DNA from: an uncultured archaeon
GTDB taxonomy: Archaea; Iainarchaeota; Iainarchaeia; Iainarchaeales; DTGL01
DNA length: 20,401 bases
Reading direction: 5' to 3'
NCBI GenBank assembly: GCA_964551725.1
Contig: CAZKED010000022.1
Span: 1 to 20,401, forward strand
The notes beneath the pieces were generated by a model, which worked only from the letters and a program-made list of their open reading frames with translations, searched no databases and was not told the DNA's origin. This document shows positions 8,061 to 16,403 of the stretch, one piece after another. Within the stretch, counting starts at the first letter, position 1; the number at the start of each line of letters is the position of its first letter. Position numbers and translations under genes: made by a program.

Positions 8061-11000
8061 ATGGAAAAAATAGGAATTAATGCAACGCCGGAAATAAAAA
8101 AATATTACGAGGGGATAACAAGACTCACGAAAAGGCAGGTTGAAATTGCGAAAGAGGCAAAGAAAAAAGGTTTTGACCTGAGCACCGAAATAGAAACGCA
8201 GCCCGCCACGGACCTCGCGGAAAGAACCGAAACAATAATAGGTCCAAAGGGTGTTGCAAAACGCTACAGGGAACTTTTCAGTGAAATGAAAGGGAGGAGA
8301 ATGGAGGCAATATTCAAATTGTTCAGGGAAATAATAGAGCAAAAATGGTGCTCCATCCCCAACGAATCGGAAAGAATAGAGCAGGCAATAAAAACAGCGC
8401 TTGTGCTCAACACAGAGGGCGTTGTCGTTGCACCCATAGACGGCGTTCCAAAAATAAAAATTTCTGAGAACCCTGACGGAAGCAGGTATGTTGACATTTA
8501 TTATGCAGGACCAATAAGGGCTGCCGGCGGAACATCGCAGGTGCTGCCGCTCATTCTCGGGGATTACGCCAGGAAACTGCTTGACTTGGACAGATACAAG
8601 CCTACAAAGGACGAAATAGAGAGGTATGTGGAAGAAACCCAGATATACGAGGAAATAGTGAGCAGGCAGTACAGGCTCAAGCCGGATGAAGTGAGGAAAA
8701 TTGTTTCAGGATGCCCGGTGTGCATAAACGGGGAGCCGACAGAGGAGAGGGAAGTGTCAGTGCACAGGAATCTGAAAAGGATTCCGCACAACAGGATTCG
8801 AGGGGGAATGTGCCTCGTGATAAGCGAGGGCGTGGCATTAAAAGCGCAGAAAATACTTAAATTCTCCAGAATGCTGAAACTTGAGTGGAGCTGGCTCGAG
8901 GAAATAATAAAAGTAAGCAAGGGGGGAGGGCAAAAAAGCAAAATAGAGCCAAAAGCAGCTTATTTGGAGGGCACTGCTGCCGGCAGGCCCATATTCGGAT
9001 ATCCCTCGAGAAGGGGGGGATTCAGGCTGAGGTATGGAAGGACAAGGGGAATGGGAATAATGGGCAAAGCCGTGCACCCGGCGACAATGTTCCTGCTCGA
9101 TGAATTCATCGCCATAGGAACGCAAATAAAAGTTGAAAGACCGGGAAAAGCCGGCGGAATAACCTCGTGCGATTCAATTGAAGGTCCCATTGTAAGGCTT
9201 AAGAGCGGCGAGGTAAAAAAACTGAATTCCGCCGAGGAAGCGATTGATCTGAGGGACAGCGTTGACAGGATCCTTTTCCTGGGCGATTTGCTTGTGGCAT
9301 TCGGGGACTTCAGGCACAGCGCGCACCCCCTGGTTCCCGCGGGATACAACGAAGAGTGGTGGAAAAAAGAACTTGAAAAAGCGCTCGGGAAAGGAAAGGA
9401 AAAAAGCCCTTTTGCAAAAGCGCTTGAGAACCCGCGAGGTTTAAGCGCGGCAGAGGCGTTCAAAATTTCTGAACAGCTGGGAATTCCACTGCATCCGAAA
9501 TTCGTCCATTACTACTCCGCCCTTGAACAGGAAGAGATGCTCCACCTCCTAAAAGAAGTCAGAGTGGCTGAAACAGAGGGTACCGGAGAAAAAACCGAGA
9601 AAGCATTCATTGAAAACAAAAAGGAAACAAAAAAGGCGCTTGAAGAAATAGGGCTCGAGCATTCCTTGGAAGGGAAAAAAATAGCAATAGGGAACGAGCA
9701 GGCATATGCATTCCTCAGAACATTCGGCTTTTTCTCCAAGAAAAAGGGCATAAGAAAAAAAGACAGCATTCTGGACTCGCTTTCCGTGCTTGCCGGCGTG
9801 ATCCTGAGGGATAAAAGCGGAACATTTATTGGGACGAGAATGGGCCGCCCCGAACAGTCAAAGCCGAGGGAGATGAAGGGAAACCCGCATGTGCTCTTCC
9901 CAATAGGGAATTACGGAGGGAGCACGCGCAGCATCAACAAAGCGATGATCGAATCCGAGCAAAACAAGGGAATAGAAGTGGAAATAGGGCTTTTCAGGTG
10001 CCCGAAGTGCAGAAGGACAATGGCGTCACCGCGCTGCAGGAAATGCGGGACAAGGACGAAAAGGCTCAACCTGTGCCCCCGGTGCGGAAGAGAAATCGCG
10101 GGAGAAAAATGCAGAAAATGCGGGGTTGAAGCGCGCGGATACGCAAAGCACAGGGAAAGGGTGGACAAAACAGTGCAAGATGCCGCAAGAACGCTGGGCA
10201 TAGCGGTGCCGGAACTTGTAAAGGGGGTGAGGGGAATGATTAATGCGGAAAAACTTTCCGAGCCGGTGGAAAAAGGATTGCTCAGAGCAAAGCACGAAGT
10301 GCACCTTTTCCGCGACGGAACAATACGCTACGAGCTAATAAACAACCCCCTCACACATTTCAAGCCCTCGGAAATAAGCACAGGCATTGAAAAACTGAAA
10401 GAACTGGGCTATACAAAAGACATCCACGGCAAAGAACTTCAAAGCAATGACCAAGTGGTGGAACTGATGCCCCAGGATTTAATAGTGCACAGCAAAGCGG
10501 GGGAATTCTTCCTAAAAGTAAGCCGCTTTATCGACGAGGAACTGGAAAGGTTTTACGGACTGAATGCCTACTATAATGCCAAGAAAAAGGAGGATCTGGT
10601 GGGGGAGCTGACGCTCGGGCTTGCGCCGCACACCTCCGCTGCAATAGTAGGCAGGATTATAGGATACTGTGAAGGCCGCGGATGCTTTGCGCACCCTTAC
10701 TTCCACCAGACCAAGAGAAGGAATTGTGACGGCGACCAAGATTCGCTGATGCTGCTGCTCGACGGGCTGCTCAATTTTTCACAGCATTATCTGCCGTCTT
10801 CTCGCGGCGGGCGGATGGACGCGCCGCTTGTTTTCACTATTGCCCTGCGTCCCACAGAAATAGATGACGAGGTTTATTCAATGGAGGTATGCAGCGAATA
10901 CCCACTCGAACTATACGAGAAAGCGCTTGAATTCTCTTCACCGTACATTGAGAGGATTGAAACAGTTGAGGAAAGGCTCGGAAGCAGGGAACAGTACTCC

Positions 11001-11474
11001 GGCTTCGGGTTCACACACGAAACAAGTTCATTCTGCAATGGTCCGGCTTACTCGCGCTATGTGCAGCTGCATTCCATGGAGGAAAAAATTACGCGGCAAG
11101 CAAAACTGCAGAGCAAAATTGACGCGGTTGACACAAAGGATTCAATCGAAAGGGTGATGGTGAGCCATTTTATGCCAGATATTATAGGGAACACGAGGTC
11201 ATTCAGCAGGCAGCAGTTCCGCTGCACAAACTGCAACTCGAAATACAGGAGACCGCCCCTGAATGGAAAGTGCGGAAAATGCGGAAAATCAAACCTGATT
11301 CTCACAATCGCCGAAGGCTCGGTCAGGAAGTATTTGGATATAGCGAAGAACCTCGCGGAAGAGTACGACCTCAACGAATACCTCAAGCAAAGAATCACAC
11401 TTATAGAGGAAGAAATAGACTCTGTTTTCGGAAGCGACAGGGCAAAGCAGAAATCGCTGAGCGAATTTGCCTAG
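8061..11474 (+). CDS. polC: DNA polymerase D large catalytic subunit DP2, intein-free
   Basis: TEGVVVAP, YYAGPIRAAGGT, GRPIF..PS..GGFRLRYGR, IGTRMGRPE, multiple CxxC Zn fingers, catalytic KRRNCDGDQD, RGGRMDAPL, C-terminal PIP-box-like QKSLSEF. Confidence 0.98.
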   Translation: MEKIGINATPEIKKYYEGITRLTKRQVEIAKEAKKKGFDLSTEIETQPATDLAERTETIIGPKGVAKRYRELFSEMKGRRMEAIFKLFREIIEQKWCSIPNESERIEQAIKTALVLNTEGVVVAPIDGVPKIKISENPDGSRYVDIYYAGPIRAAGGTSQVLPLILGDYARKLLDLDRYKPTKDEIERYVEETQIYEEIVSRQYRLKPDEVRKIVSGCPVCINGEPTEEREVSVHRNLKRIPHNRIRGGMCLVISEGVALKAQKILKFSRMLKLEWSWLEEIIKVSKGGGQKSKIEPKAAYLEGTAAGRPIFGYPSRRGGFRLRYGRTRGMGIMGKAVHPATMFLLDEFIAIGTQIKVERPGKAGGITSCDSIEGPIVRLKSGEVKKLNSAEEAIDLRDSVDRILFLGDLLVAFGDFRHSAHPLVPAGYNEEWWKKELEKALGKGKEKSPFAKALENPRGLSAAEAFKISEQLGIPLHPKFVHYYSALEQEEMLHLLKEVRVAETEGTGEKTEKAFIENKKETKKALEEIGLEHSLEGKKIAIGNEQAYAFLRTFGFFSKKKGIRKKDSILDSLSVLAGVILRDKSGTFIGTRMGRPEQSKPREMKGNPHVLFPIGNYGGSTRSINKAMIESEQNKGIEVEIGLFRCPKCRRTMASPRCRKCGTRTKRLNLCPRCGREIAGEKCRKCGVEARGYAKHRERVDKTVQDAARTLGIAVPELVKGVRGMINAEKLSEPVEKGLLRAKHEVHLFRDGTIRYELINNPLTHFKPSEISTGIEKLKELGYTKDIHGKELQSNDQVVELMPQDLIVHSKAGEFFLKVSRFIDEELERFYGLNAYYNAKKKEDLVGELTLGLAPHTSAAIVGRIIGYCEGRGCFAHPYFHQTKRRNCDGDQDSLMLLLDGLLNFSQHYLPSSRGGRMDAPLVFTIALRPTEIDDEVYSMEVCSEYPLELYEKALEFSSPYIERIETVEERLGSREQYSGFGFTHETSSFCNGPAYSRYVQLHSMEEKITRQAKLQSKIDAVDTKDSIERVMVSHFMPDIIGNTRSFSRQQFRCTNCNSKYRRPPLNGKCGKCGKSNLILTIAEGSVRKYLDIAKNLAEEYDLNEYLKQRITLIEEEIDSVFGSDRAKQKSLSEFA

Positions 11475-11483
11475 TCCGCGAGC

Positions 11484-12263
11484 TCACGCGAAAAAATAAT
11501 CCGTAAGGAGGAAAAAAAGCAATACCGCAAGCAAAGCCATAAGGAGATAGTTAAAATAACGCCTTTTGAAAACATTCCTCCAGAGCCATTTCAGTGTGCC
11601 TCTGGAGAAAAGCCCTTTAAGACCCTTAAGAATTAGGAGGAACAAATTCTCAAAATAGCCGAGCCAGGCGGCAGGCTGCCTCAATTCAGTGAATGTTTCC
11701 ATTGTAAGCTCTGAAGCGGACTGCTTTTTGGACGGAATTTCCTTCCCGGAAAACGACCCGTCAACCGCGTCTATTTTTACTTCTGTTCTGAATCCATTGA
11801 TTGAAACCTTTATCTCCCAGTAAGGGTAATAGAATGCCTCAAATCCGGAAACTATTATTTTTTCAACAGGAATCCCTTTCTCCTTTGAGAAAATAAGCGA
11901 TGCTATTCTTTTCGCTTCGCTTGTTCCCAGGGGGGACCTTATTACTTTCGGTTCCGCTTCTTCCGAAATTTCGTTGGTGAGTTCTCCTCCCTGGAAAAGG
12001 GGGGTTTTCTCCCTGTCCAGTTCCCTTGAATCAGGATTAAATGCTATTTTTTCCGTGGAATGCTCCGAAACTATTTCCGCGCCTTCCTTTCCCTCCGTCC
12101 GAAACAAATCAAACTCAAGCAAATAGAAGGGCTGCAGCAAAAGTGCCGTGCTTTCAATCTTTGAACTCGCCCATTTCTTTTTTGAGATGTCGTATTTCAG
12201 CGACTCGATTGCCTGCCTTTGGGATACTTTCACAGGAACTGCCTTGCGGGTCAACTTGGGCAT
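11484..12263 (-). CDS. Hypothetical protein with two PepSY-like half-repeats and a C-terminal membrane anchor
   Basis: ORF track 11484..12305; more likely start is ATG at 12263 (MPKLTRK) after GGGGCGTGA. Repeated pattern QPFYLLEF...IAFNPDSREL / YYPYWEIKV...KIDAVDG; hydrophobic C-terminus YLLMALLAVLLFFLL. Confidence 0.7.
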   Translation of the reverse strand: MPKLTRKAVPVKVSQRQAIESLKYDISKKKWASSKIESTALLLQPFYLLEFDLFRTEGKEGAEIVSEHSTEKIAFNPDSRELDREKTPLFQGGELTNEISEEAEPKVIRSPLGTSEAKRIASLIFSKEKGIPVEKIIVSGFEAFYYPYWEIKVSINGFRTEVKIDAVDGSFSGKEIPSKKQSASELTMETFTELRQPAAWLGYFENLFLLILKGLKGLFSRGTLKWLWRNVFKRRYFNYLLMALLAVLLFFLLTDYFFA

Positions 12264-12306
12264 CTTCACGCCCCTTAAGGAAAAAAGAGCAATAAAAAGA
12301 AGCAAT

Positions 12307-12666
12307 TTACTTTGCTTCTTTCCTCTTTATTATTTTTACCTTGCTCGGAGTAATAAGAATCCTGTCGTGGGAAATTCTTGCTATGTCGCCGTCAATCTGC
12401 GCAATGCCTTCCTTTATTCCCGTTATCAGTTCCTTGAGCTTCATTGCATTCCTCTTTGAAAGGCTCTCAATGTTCAACAGCACTATGTTGCCCTGCTTTG
12501 CTTCCTCTACAACGCTCATGGCGTCTTCTTTGCCGTTGAGAACGAGGGGCTTGACAAAGGCATCGGCATCCTCATACATTGTTTCCTCTTCCACATCGAG
12601 ATTGTTGAGGAACTCCTCTATATCGATTCCCTCTTCCTTCTTGAAAACCTTGTTAAGAAAAGCCAA
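12307..12666 (-). CDS. sepF: Cell division protein SepF (DUF552)
   Basis: N-terminal amphipathic MAFLNKVFK, then acidic linker and VVEEAKQGNIVLLNIESL...IDGDIARIS..RILITPSKVKI. TTG start preceded by a GGGGTGA SD. Confidence 0.9.
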   Translation of the reverse strand: MAFLNKVFKKEEGIDIEEFLNNLDVEEETMYEDADAFVKPLVLNGKEDAMSVVEEAKQGNIVLLNIESLSKRNAMKLKELITGIKEGIAQIDGDIARISHDRILITPSKVKIIKRKEAK

Positions 12667-12823
12667 TCAGCATCACCCCTAAAACAATCACATATAGATT
12701 TGCCTCAAACACTCTTTTAATATTAACGCCGCCTTTCCCGGCGGGCGCGCTACCGGAGGCAATTTGGATTCCAAACTGTTTATGATTTTAACCATATTGG
12801 TGGAAAGAAATCATGGGGGTAAA
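12667..12823. promoter_or_regulatory. Divergent sepF/cdc6 intergenic region; candidate promoter(s) and possible origin-associated element
   Basis: Contains TTTTAATATTAA, a GC-rich imperfect hairpin (12731-12760), inverted repeat TTTGGA-T-TCCAAA (12763-12775) and GTGGAAAGAAATCATGGGGG (12800-12819), which partly resembles an ORB. Confidence 0.35.
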
Positions 12824-14029
12824 ATGAGCCAAAACCTGTTCGAATCCAGCGGAAAGGAAAGCAAAGTATTCAAAAACAGGGACATCATTACCCCGCATTA
12901 CACCCCCAAGAAACTGCCTTTCAGGGAAAAGCAGATAGAGGAAATCACATCCACGCTCAGAGTGGCTCTCAAAGGAAGCAAGCCCAACAACCTCTTTTTG
13001 TACGGCAAAACAGGCACTGGAAAAACTGCAACAACCAAACTCGTGCTTGGCGAGCTGGTGGAATTCGCGGAAAGAGAAAAAAAGCCTGTTATGGCAATCT
13101 ACACAAACTGCAGGAACTACAACAGCAAGTACAAAGTGCTGGCAAAAATAGTGCAGAAATTCTATCCCGAGAAGGACTTCATTGGGTACAGCGGTTCGTT
13201 CATATACGAAAAAATGACAGAATTCGCCCAGGAAAGGGAAATGCAGACAATCGTGGGACTTGACGAAATAGACAAAGTAAAAGATGTTGACGAACTGGTT
13301 TATGCGCTCACCCGCGCCAACGACGAATTGAAGCACGGCGGAATAAGCATCATGGGGATAAGCAACCAGCTCACATTCAAGGAACGGCTGGACCCAAGAA
13401 CAAAAAGCTCTCTCTGTGGAGAAGAATTGGTGTTCCCGCCATATAACGCAAAGGAACTCACGGAAATACTCAAGGGAAGAGTGGAAAAAGCCTTCAGGAA
13501 AAATGTTGTCGAAAGCTCGGCGATAAATCTCGCGGCGGCTTTTGCGGCAAAGGAATCCGGGGACGCCCGCACTGCGGTAATGCTCCTGTTAAGGGCGGGA
13601 GAACTCGCCGAAAAGGGGGGAAAGGAAAAGGTTTCAGACACAGAGGTAAAAAAGGCAAAGAAAAGCGTGGAACAGGAAATAACAACGGAAATGGTCAGTT
13701 CGCTGCCGGGACAGCAGAAATTGGTTCTTTATGCAATCGCTCTCCTGACCTCGCAGAGGAAAGGGGTGAGAAAACTCGGAAAAAGCGAGGAAAAAGGCGT
13801 TCTTTTTTCCGGCGAGGCATTCGACGAGTACAGGAGGCTCGCCCTCTCTCTGAAGGAAAGCCCTGTTAGCGCGAGATGGTTCAGGCAGTATTTGGACGAA
13901 CTGGAAATGTGCGGGCTGATTTTTTCGACGCCCAGCGGGAAAGGCATCAGAGGCAATACGCGCCTTATAAAGCTCGGGATTGAAACGGAAAAAATAAAAG
14001 GAACCCTGGAAAAGGAACTCGGGTTTTAG
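12824..14029 (+). CDS. cdc6: Cdc6/Orc1 replication initiator (AAA+ ATPase plus winged helix)
   Basis: VFKNRDIITPHYTPKKLPFREKQI, Walker A YGKTGTGKT, Walker B LDEID, LDPRTKSSL, FPPYNAKEL, GDAR, C-terminal wH (LDELEMCGLI...GIRGNTR). ATG at 12824 after GGGGGT preferred over the TTG at 12764. Confidence 0.96.
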   Translation: MSQNLFESSGKESKVFKNRDIITPHYTPKKLPFREKQIEEITSTLRVALKGSKPNNLFLYGKTGTGKTATTKLVLGELVEFAEREKKPVMAIYTNCRNYNSKYKVLAKIVQKFYPEKDFIGYSGSFIYEKMTEFAQEREMQTIVGLDEIDKVKDVDELVYALTRANDELKHGGISIMGISNQLTFKERLDPRTKSSLCGEELVFPPYNAKELTEILKGRVEKAFRKNVVESSAINLAAAFAAKESGDARTAVMLLLRAGELAEKGGKEKVSDTEVKKAKKSVEQEITTEMVSSLPGQQKLVLYAIALLTSQRKGVRKLGKSEEKGVLFSGEAFDEYRRLALSLKESPVSARWFRQYLDELEMCGLIFSTPSGKGIRGNTRLIKLGIETEKIKGTLEKELGF

Positions 14030-14034
14030 GAAAG

Positions 14035-16341
14035 CTAGCATTCCTCCAGCGAGCCGAATGCTCTGGAGCCCCATTCGCTGTCCGCCGCTTTTGAGGCATT
14101 GCTTTCTTTTAGGAATTCTTTCTCGTTCCAGAAGAATTCCTCTCCGCTTTCGGTAACGCAGACTTTTCCTTCTTTCACAAGCCCCAGTATTCCCTCGATG
14201 GACAAAGGAAAATCATTCCCCCTCAAGGAGAGCTTTTCTCCCGGAGTTCCGTCCACGGCAAAAAATGCTGTATCGTCGCACACATGCTCCAGGGAATAAT
14301 CAGAACTTGCAGGCACATAAACGAGGCTGTCCATCAGGATTTTCTTCCCTTCAGCATTCACGTGGGTCCACCAGAAACCATAGGCGTTTGCTGTGTCATT
14401 TGAAACGCAGTCGCTGCCGCCCTCAAAACTGAAAGAGGAAGCGGCATCATCGTAACCAATCTGTTCGTTTGGGGAAAAGCCGTTGCAGTTGTTGGGGGAA
14501 GCCCTTATAACATTCCACTTGGAGAAATTTACCCCCTCGGGGGGGTTTACGGCTGTTCCGTCCCAGTCGACAACCCTGTAGAATGCACCGAAGTGGCTCT
14601 GCTCTCCATTAACTCCCGCAATAATATGCACCGGCAGACCATTGAACACTTTGATGGAGTCTGCATTGATATTCATAAACCTGCCTCTCTCAGTCCAATT
14701 CAGAACGCCGATGTCGTTTTCCTCGGCGTAATTTATTCCCCTTCCGGCTACAAGAGGCAATTCTGTGCCTCCGCCCTCTGCTACGGGTATTGAATTCTCG
14801 GAAACTGCAGTAACACCATAACCAATCCTGTTCTTTACACTTCCAATAGTGCCCAGCTGTCCCTCGAAGGGTATTTCAAGAAGCGGCGAGGCGGGAAACT
14901 GTGCTGCCTGCCCTGAAAAACTGACTTCTATGTTTACTGCGGGCTCTCCGGCGGAGTCAAAGAATCCCTGGGAGACATCGCCGGCAAAACTTACAGACAC
15001 TCTGTAAAGCCCTGGCTCGGGAATCAATCCCTCAAAAGCGATTCTGTTGTTTGCTTTTCCGCTTCCGTCAACAAAGTAACGGTTCCAGTGCCCCGTGGAA
15101 TAAAACCAGTCGGGAGTATTTCCAAAAAACTCGTTCACGTAATAGTCCACGAAATCCTCCTTGAAATCATCACTGAAAGAATCCTTCTTCAAAAAAGAGG
15201 TGAAGGAGAGAAGTTCGGAGGGAATCGGCTCGCCTTTTTCTATATAACGGTTCATCGTTTCAAGTTTTTTGAAAAGCGAAATGGAAAACTGCGTTGCATC
15301 ACAGAAATACTGACCTCCGGAAGAATCGCATTCGTATGTTTTCACATCCTTCCAGTCCCAGGAAAAAAGCATGTGAGGTATAGCTCCCGCCAAGGTTTTC
15401 CCAGTAAGCCCTGCGGCACTGCATTCCTCATAGCGCGTGTCCGGCTGGACGTAATGAATGTCCTGGTCTATTGCGGAACTTACCCTAACATGAAGTTCAA
15501 AACTGTCTGACTGCACGTTTGTCCAACTGCAGGGGTTCATCATGTTGCCAATGCAGTCCGAACGCTTGGAATACTGGATTCCTGCACTCATTGAGTAATT
15601 CCTGCTCGTAGAATGCTGGGCTATTGGCCCTATGATTACATCAACGTGCAGGGATTCACCATTTTTGACCATGTGCTGTTCGCCTATGTGGCTTATGTCC
15701 GGGCACTCCCTTATCCCGCCCTGGCAGCTTCCCAGCGGTCCCTGGCTGCATATATCGGTGAAAGATGGATTAATCGGGACATAAACAGTTGAACCTGTAT
15801 TGTTGGTGAAGGTAAATGTTACGTTAACCGTTTTTCCCTGCCCGACCGCGGGAATCCCGGATTCCTCAAGTCTCACTATTTTGCTTTTTGGCTCAACTTT
15901 CACTGTGAAACCGTTGCTTTCTACAACACTTGTTCCGCCACCGGGAACATCAACGGGAATGCTTTTTGCGCAGCTCTGCGTCCTGTATTTCACTCCGGCG
16001 CTGCAGTTGTATTGCCCTGAAGGAAGGAATGGGAAATTGTGGGAGGTTATTCCGACTTTGGTTGAACTGTAAGGAGTTCCGTCAGCGGAAACGCATTCAA
16101 ATTCTATTGTTGTCTCGCTTAAAAGTTCCGCGGGAATTCCTGAAACATTGAGGGTTGCTTCCTCCTGCGCTTTATCAGCGGAAAGGGAAATATTTGAGCA
16201 GTCCAGTTCTGCAGTGGAACCGTTGCCTCCGTTTCCGCCGCCGTCAGCGCCATTGCCTCCACCCAAAATAATAGCAACTGCGGTAACAACCACCACTGCG
16301 ATTATCGCCGCCAGAATCCACCAGGCTCCCCGAGCATTCAT
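14035..16341 (-). CDS. Putative surface protein, paralog A (768 aa): N-terminal TM/signal anchor, Gly/Asn linker, beta-rich Cys-containing domains, conserved 'LFSWDW' C-terminal domain
   Basis: WWILAAIIAVVVVTAVAIIL hydrophobic segment, GGGNGADGGGNGGNG linker, many N-x-S/T sequons; clear similarity to the two neighbouring ORFs; GAGG SD upstream. Confidence 0.8.
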   Translation of the reverse strand: MNARGAWWILAAIIAVVVVTAVAIILGGGNGADGGGNGGNGSTAELDCSNISLSADKAQEEATLNVSGIPAELLSETTIEFECVSADGTPYSSTKVGITSHNFPFLPSGQYNCSAGVKYRTQSCAKSIPVDVPGGGTSVVESNGFTVKVEPKSKIVRLEESGIPAVGQGKTVNVTFTFTNNTGSTVYVPINPSFTDICSQGPLGSCQGGIRECPDISHIGEQHMVKNGESLHVDVIIGPIAQHSTSRNYSMSAGIQYSKRSDCIGNMMNPCSWTNVQSDSFELHVRVSSAIDQDIHYVQPDTRYEECSAAGLTGKTLAGAIPHMLFSWDWKDVKTYECDSSGGQYFCDATQFSISLFKKLETMNRYIEKGEPIPSELLSFTSFLKKDSFSDDFKEDFVDYYVNEFFGNTPDWFYSTGHWNRYFVDGSGKANNRIAFEGLIPEPGLYRVSVSFAGDVSQGFFDSAGEPAVNIEVSFSGQAAQFPASPLLEIPFEGQLGTIGSVKNRIGYGVTAVSENSIPVAEGGGTELPLVAGRGINYAEENDIGVLNWTERGRFMNINADSIKVFNGLPVHIIAGVNGEQSHFGAFYRVVDWDGTAVNPPEGVNFSKWNVIRASPNNCNGFSPNEQIGYDDAASSFSFEGGSDCVSNDTANAYGFWWTHVNAEGKKILMDSLVYVPASSDYSLEHVCDDTAFFAVDGTPGEKLSLRGNDFPLSIEGILGLVKEGKVCVTESGEEFFWNEKEFLKESNASKAADSEWGSRAFGSLEEC
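15049..15186. repeat. Direct repeat copy 1 (inside paralog A) of 17460-17597
   Basis: Manual alignment: 133/138 identical, comprising a 42-bp and an 87-bp perfect block with 5 clustered mismatches at 15091-15099. Confidence 0.9.
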
Positions 16342-16373
16342 TCCTTATTCCTCTTCCTTTTTTCTACCAATAT

Positions 16374-16402
16374 AAAAAAACTGGAAACCCGCGGGTTTCC
16401 AA
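16374..16402 (-). terminator. Hairpin plus T7 intrinsic terminator candidate after paralog B
   Basis: Perfect 20-bp palindrome TGGAAACCCGCGGGTTTCCA (16382-16401) just after the stop codon at 16404, followed on the minus strand by G-TTTTTTT. Confidence 0.65.
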
Positions 16403-16403
16403 T

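Noticed and set aside
10716-10745. Intein or inactivation at the DP2 catalytic site
   Set aside because: RRNCDGD is contiguous with both catalytic Asp residues, and 1137 aa fits an intein-free DP2. The following Gln for the usual Glu is outside the DGD core.
12727-12762. GC-rich stem-loop as a tRNA or small RNA
   Set aside because: Too short, with no cloverleaf or T-loop consensus; kept only as part of the intergenic regulatory region.
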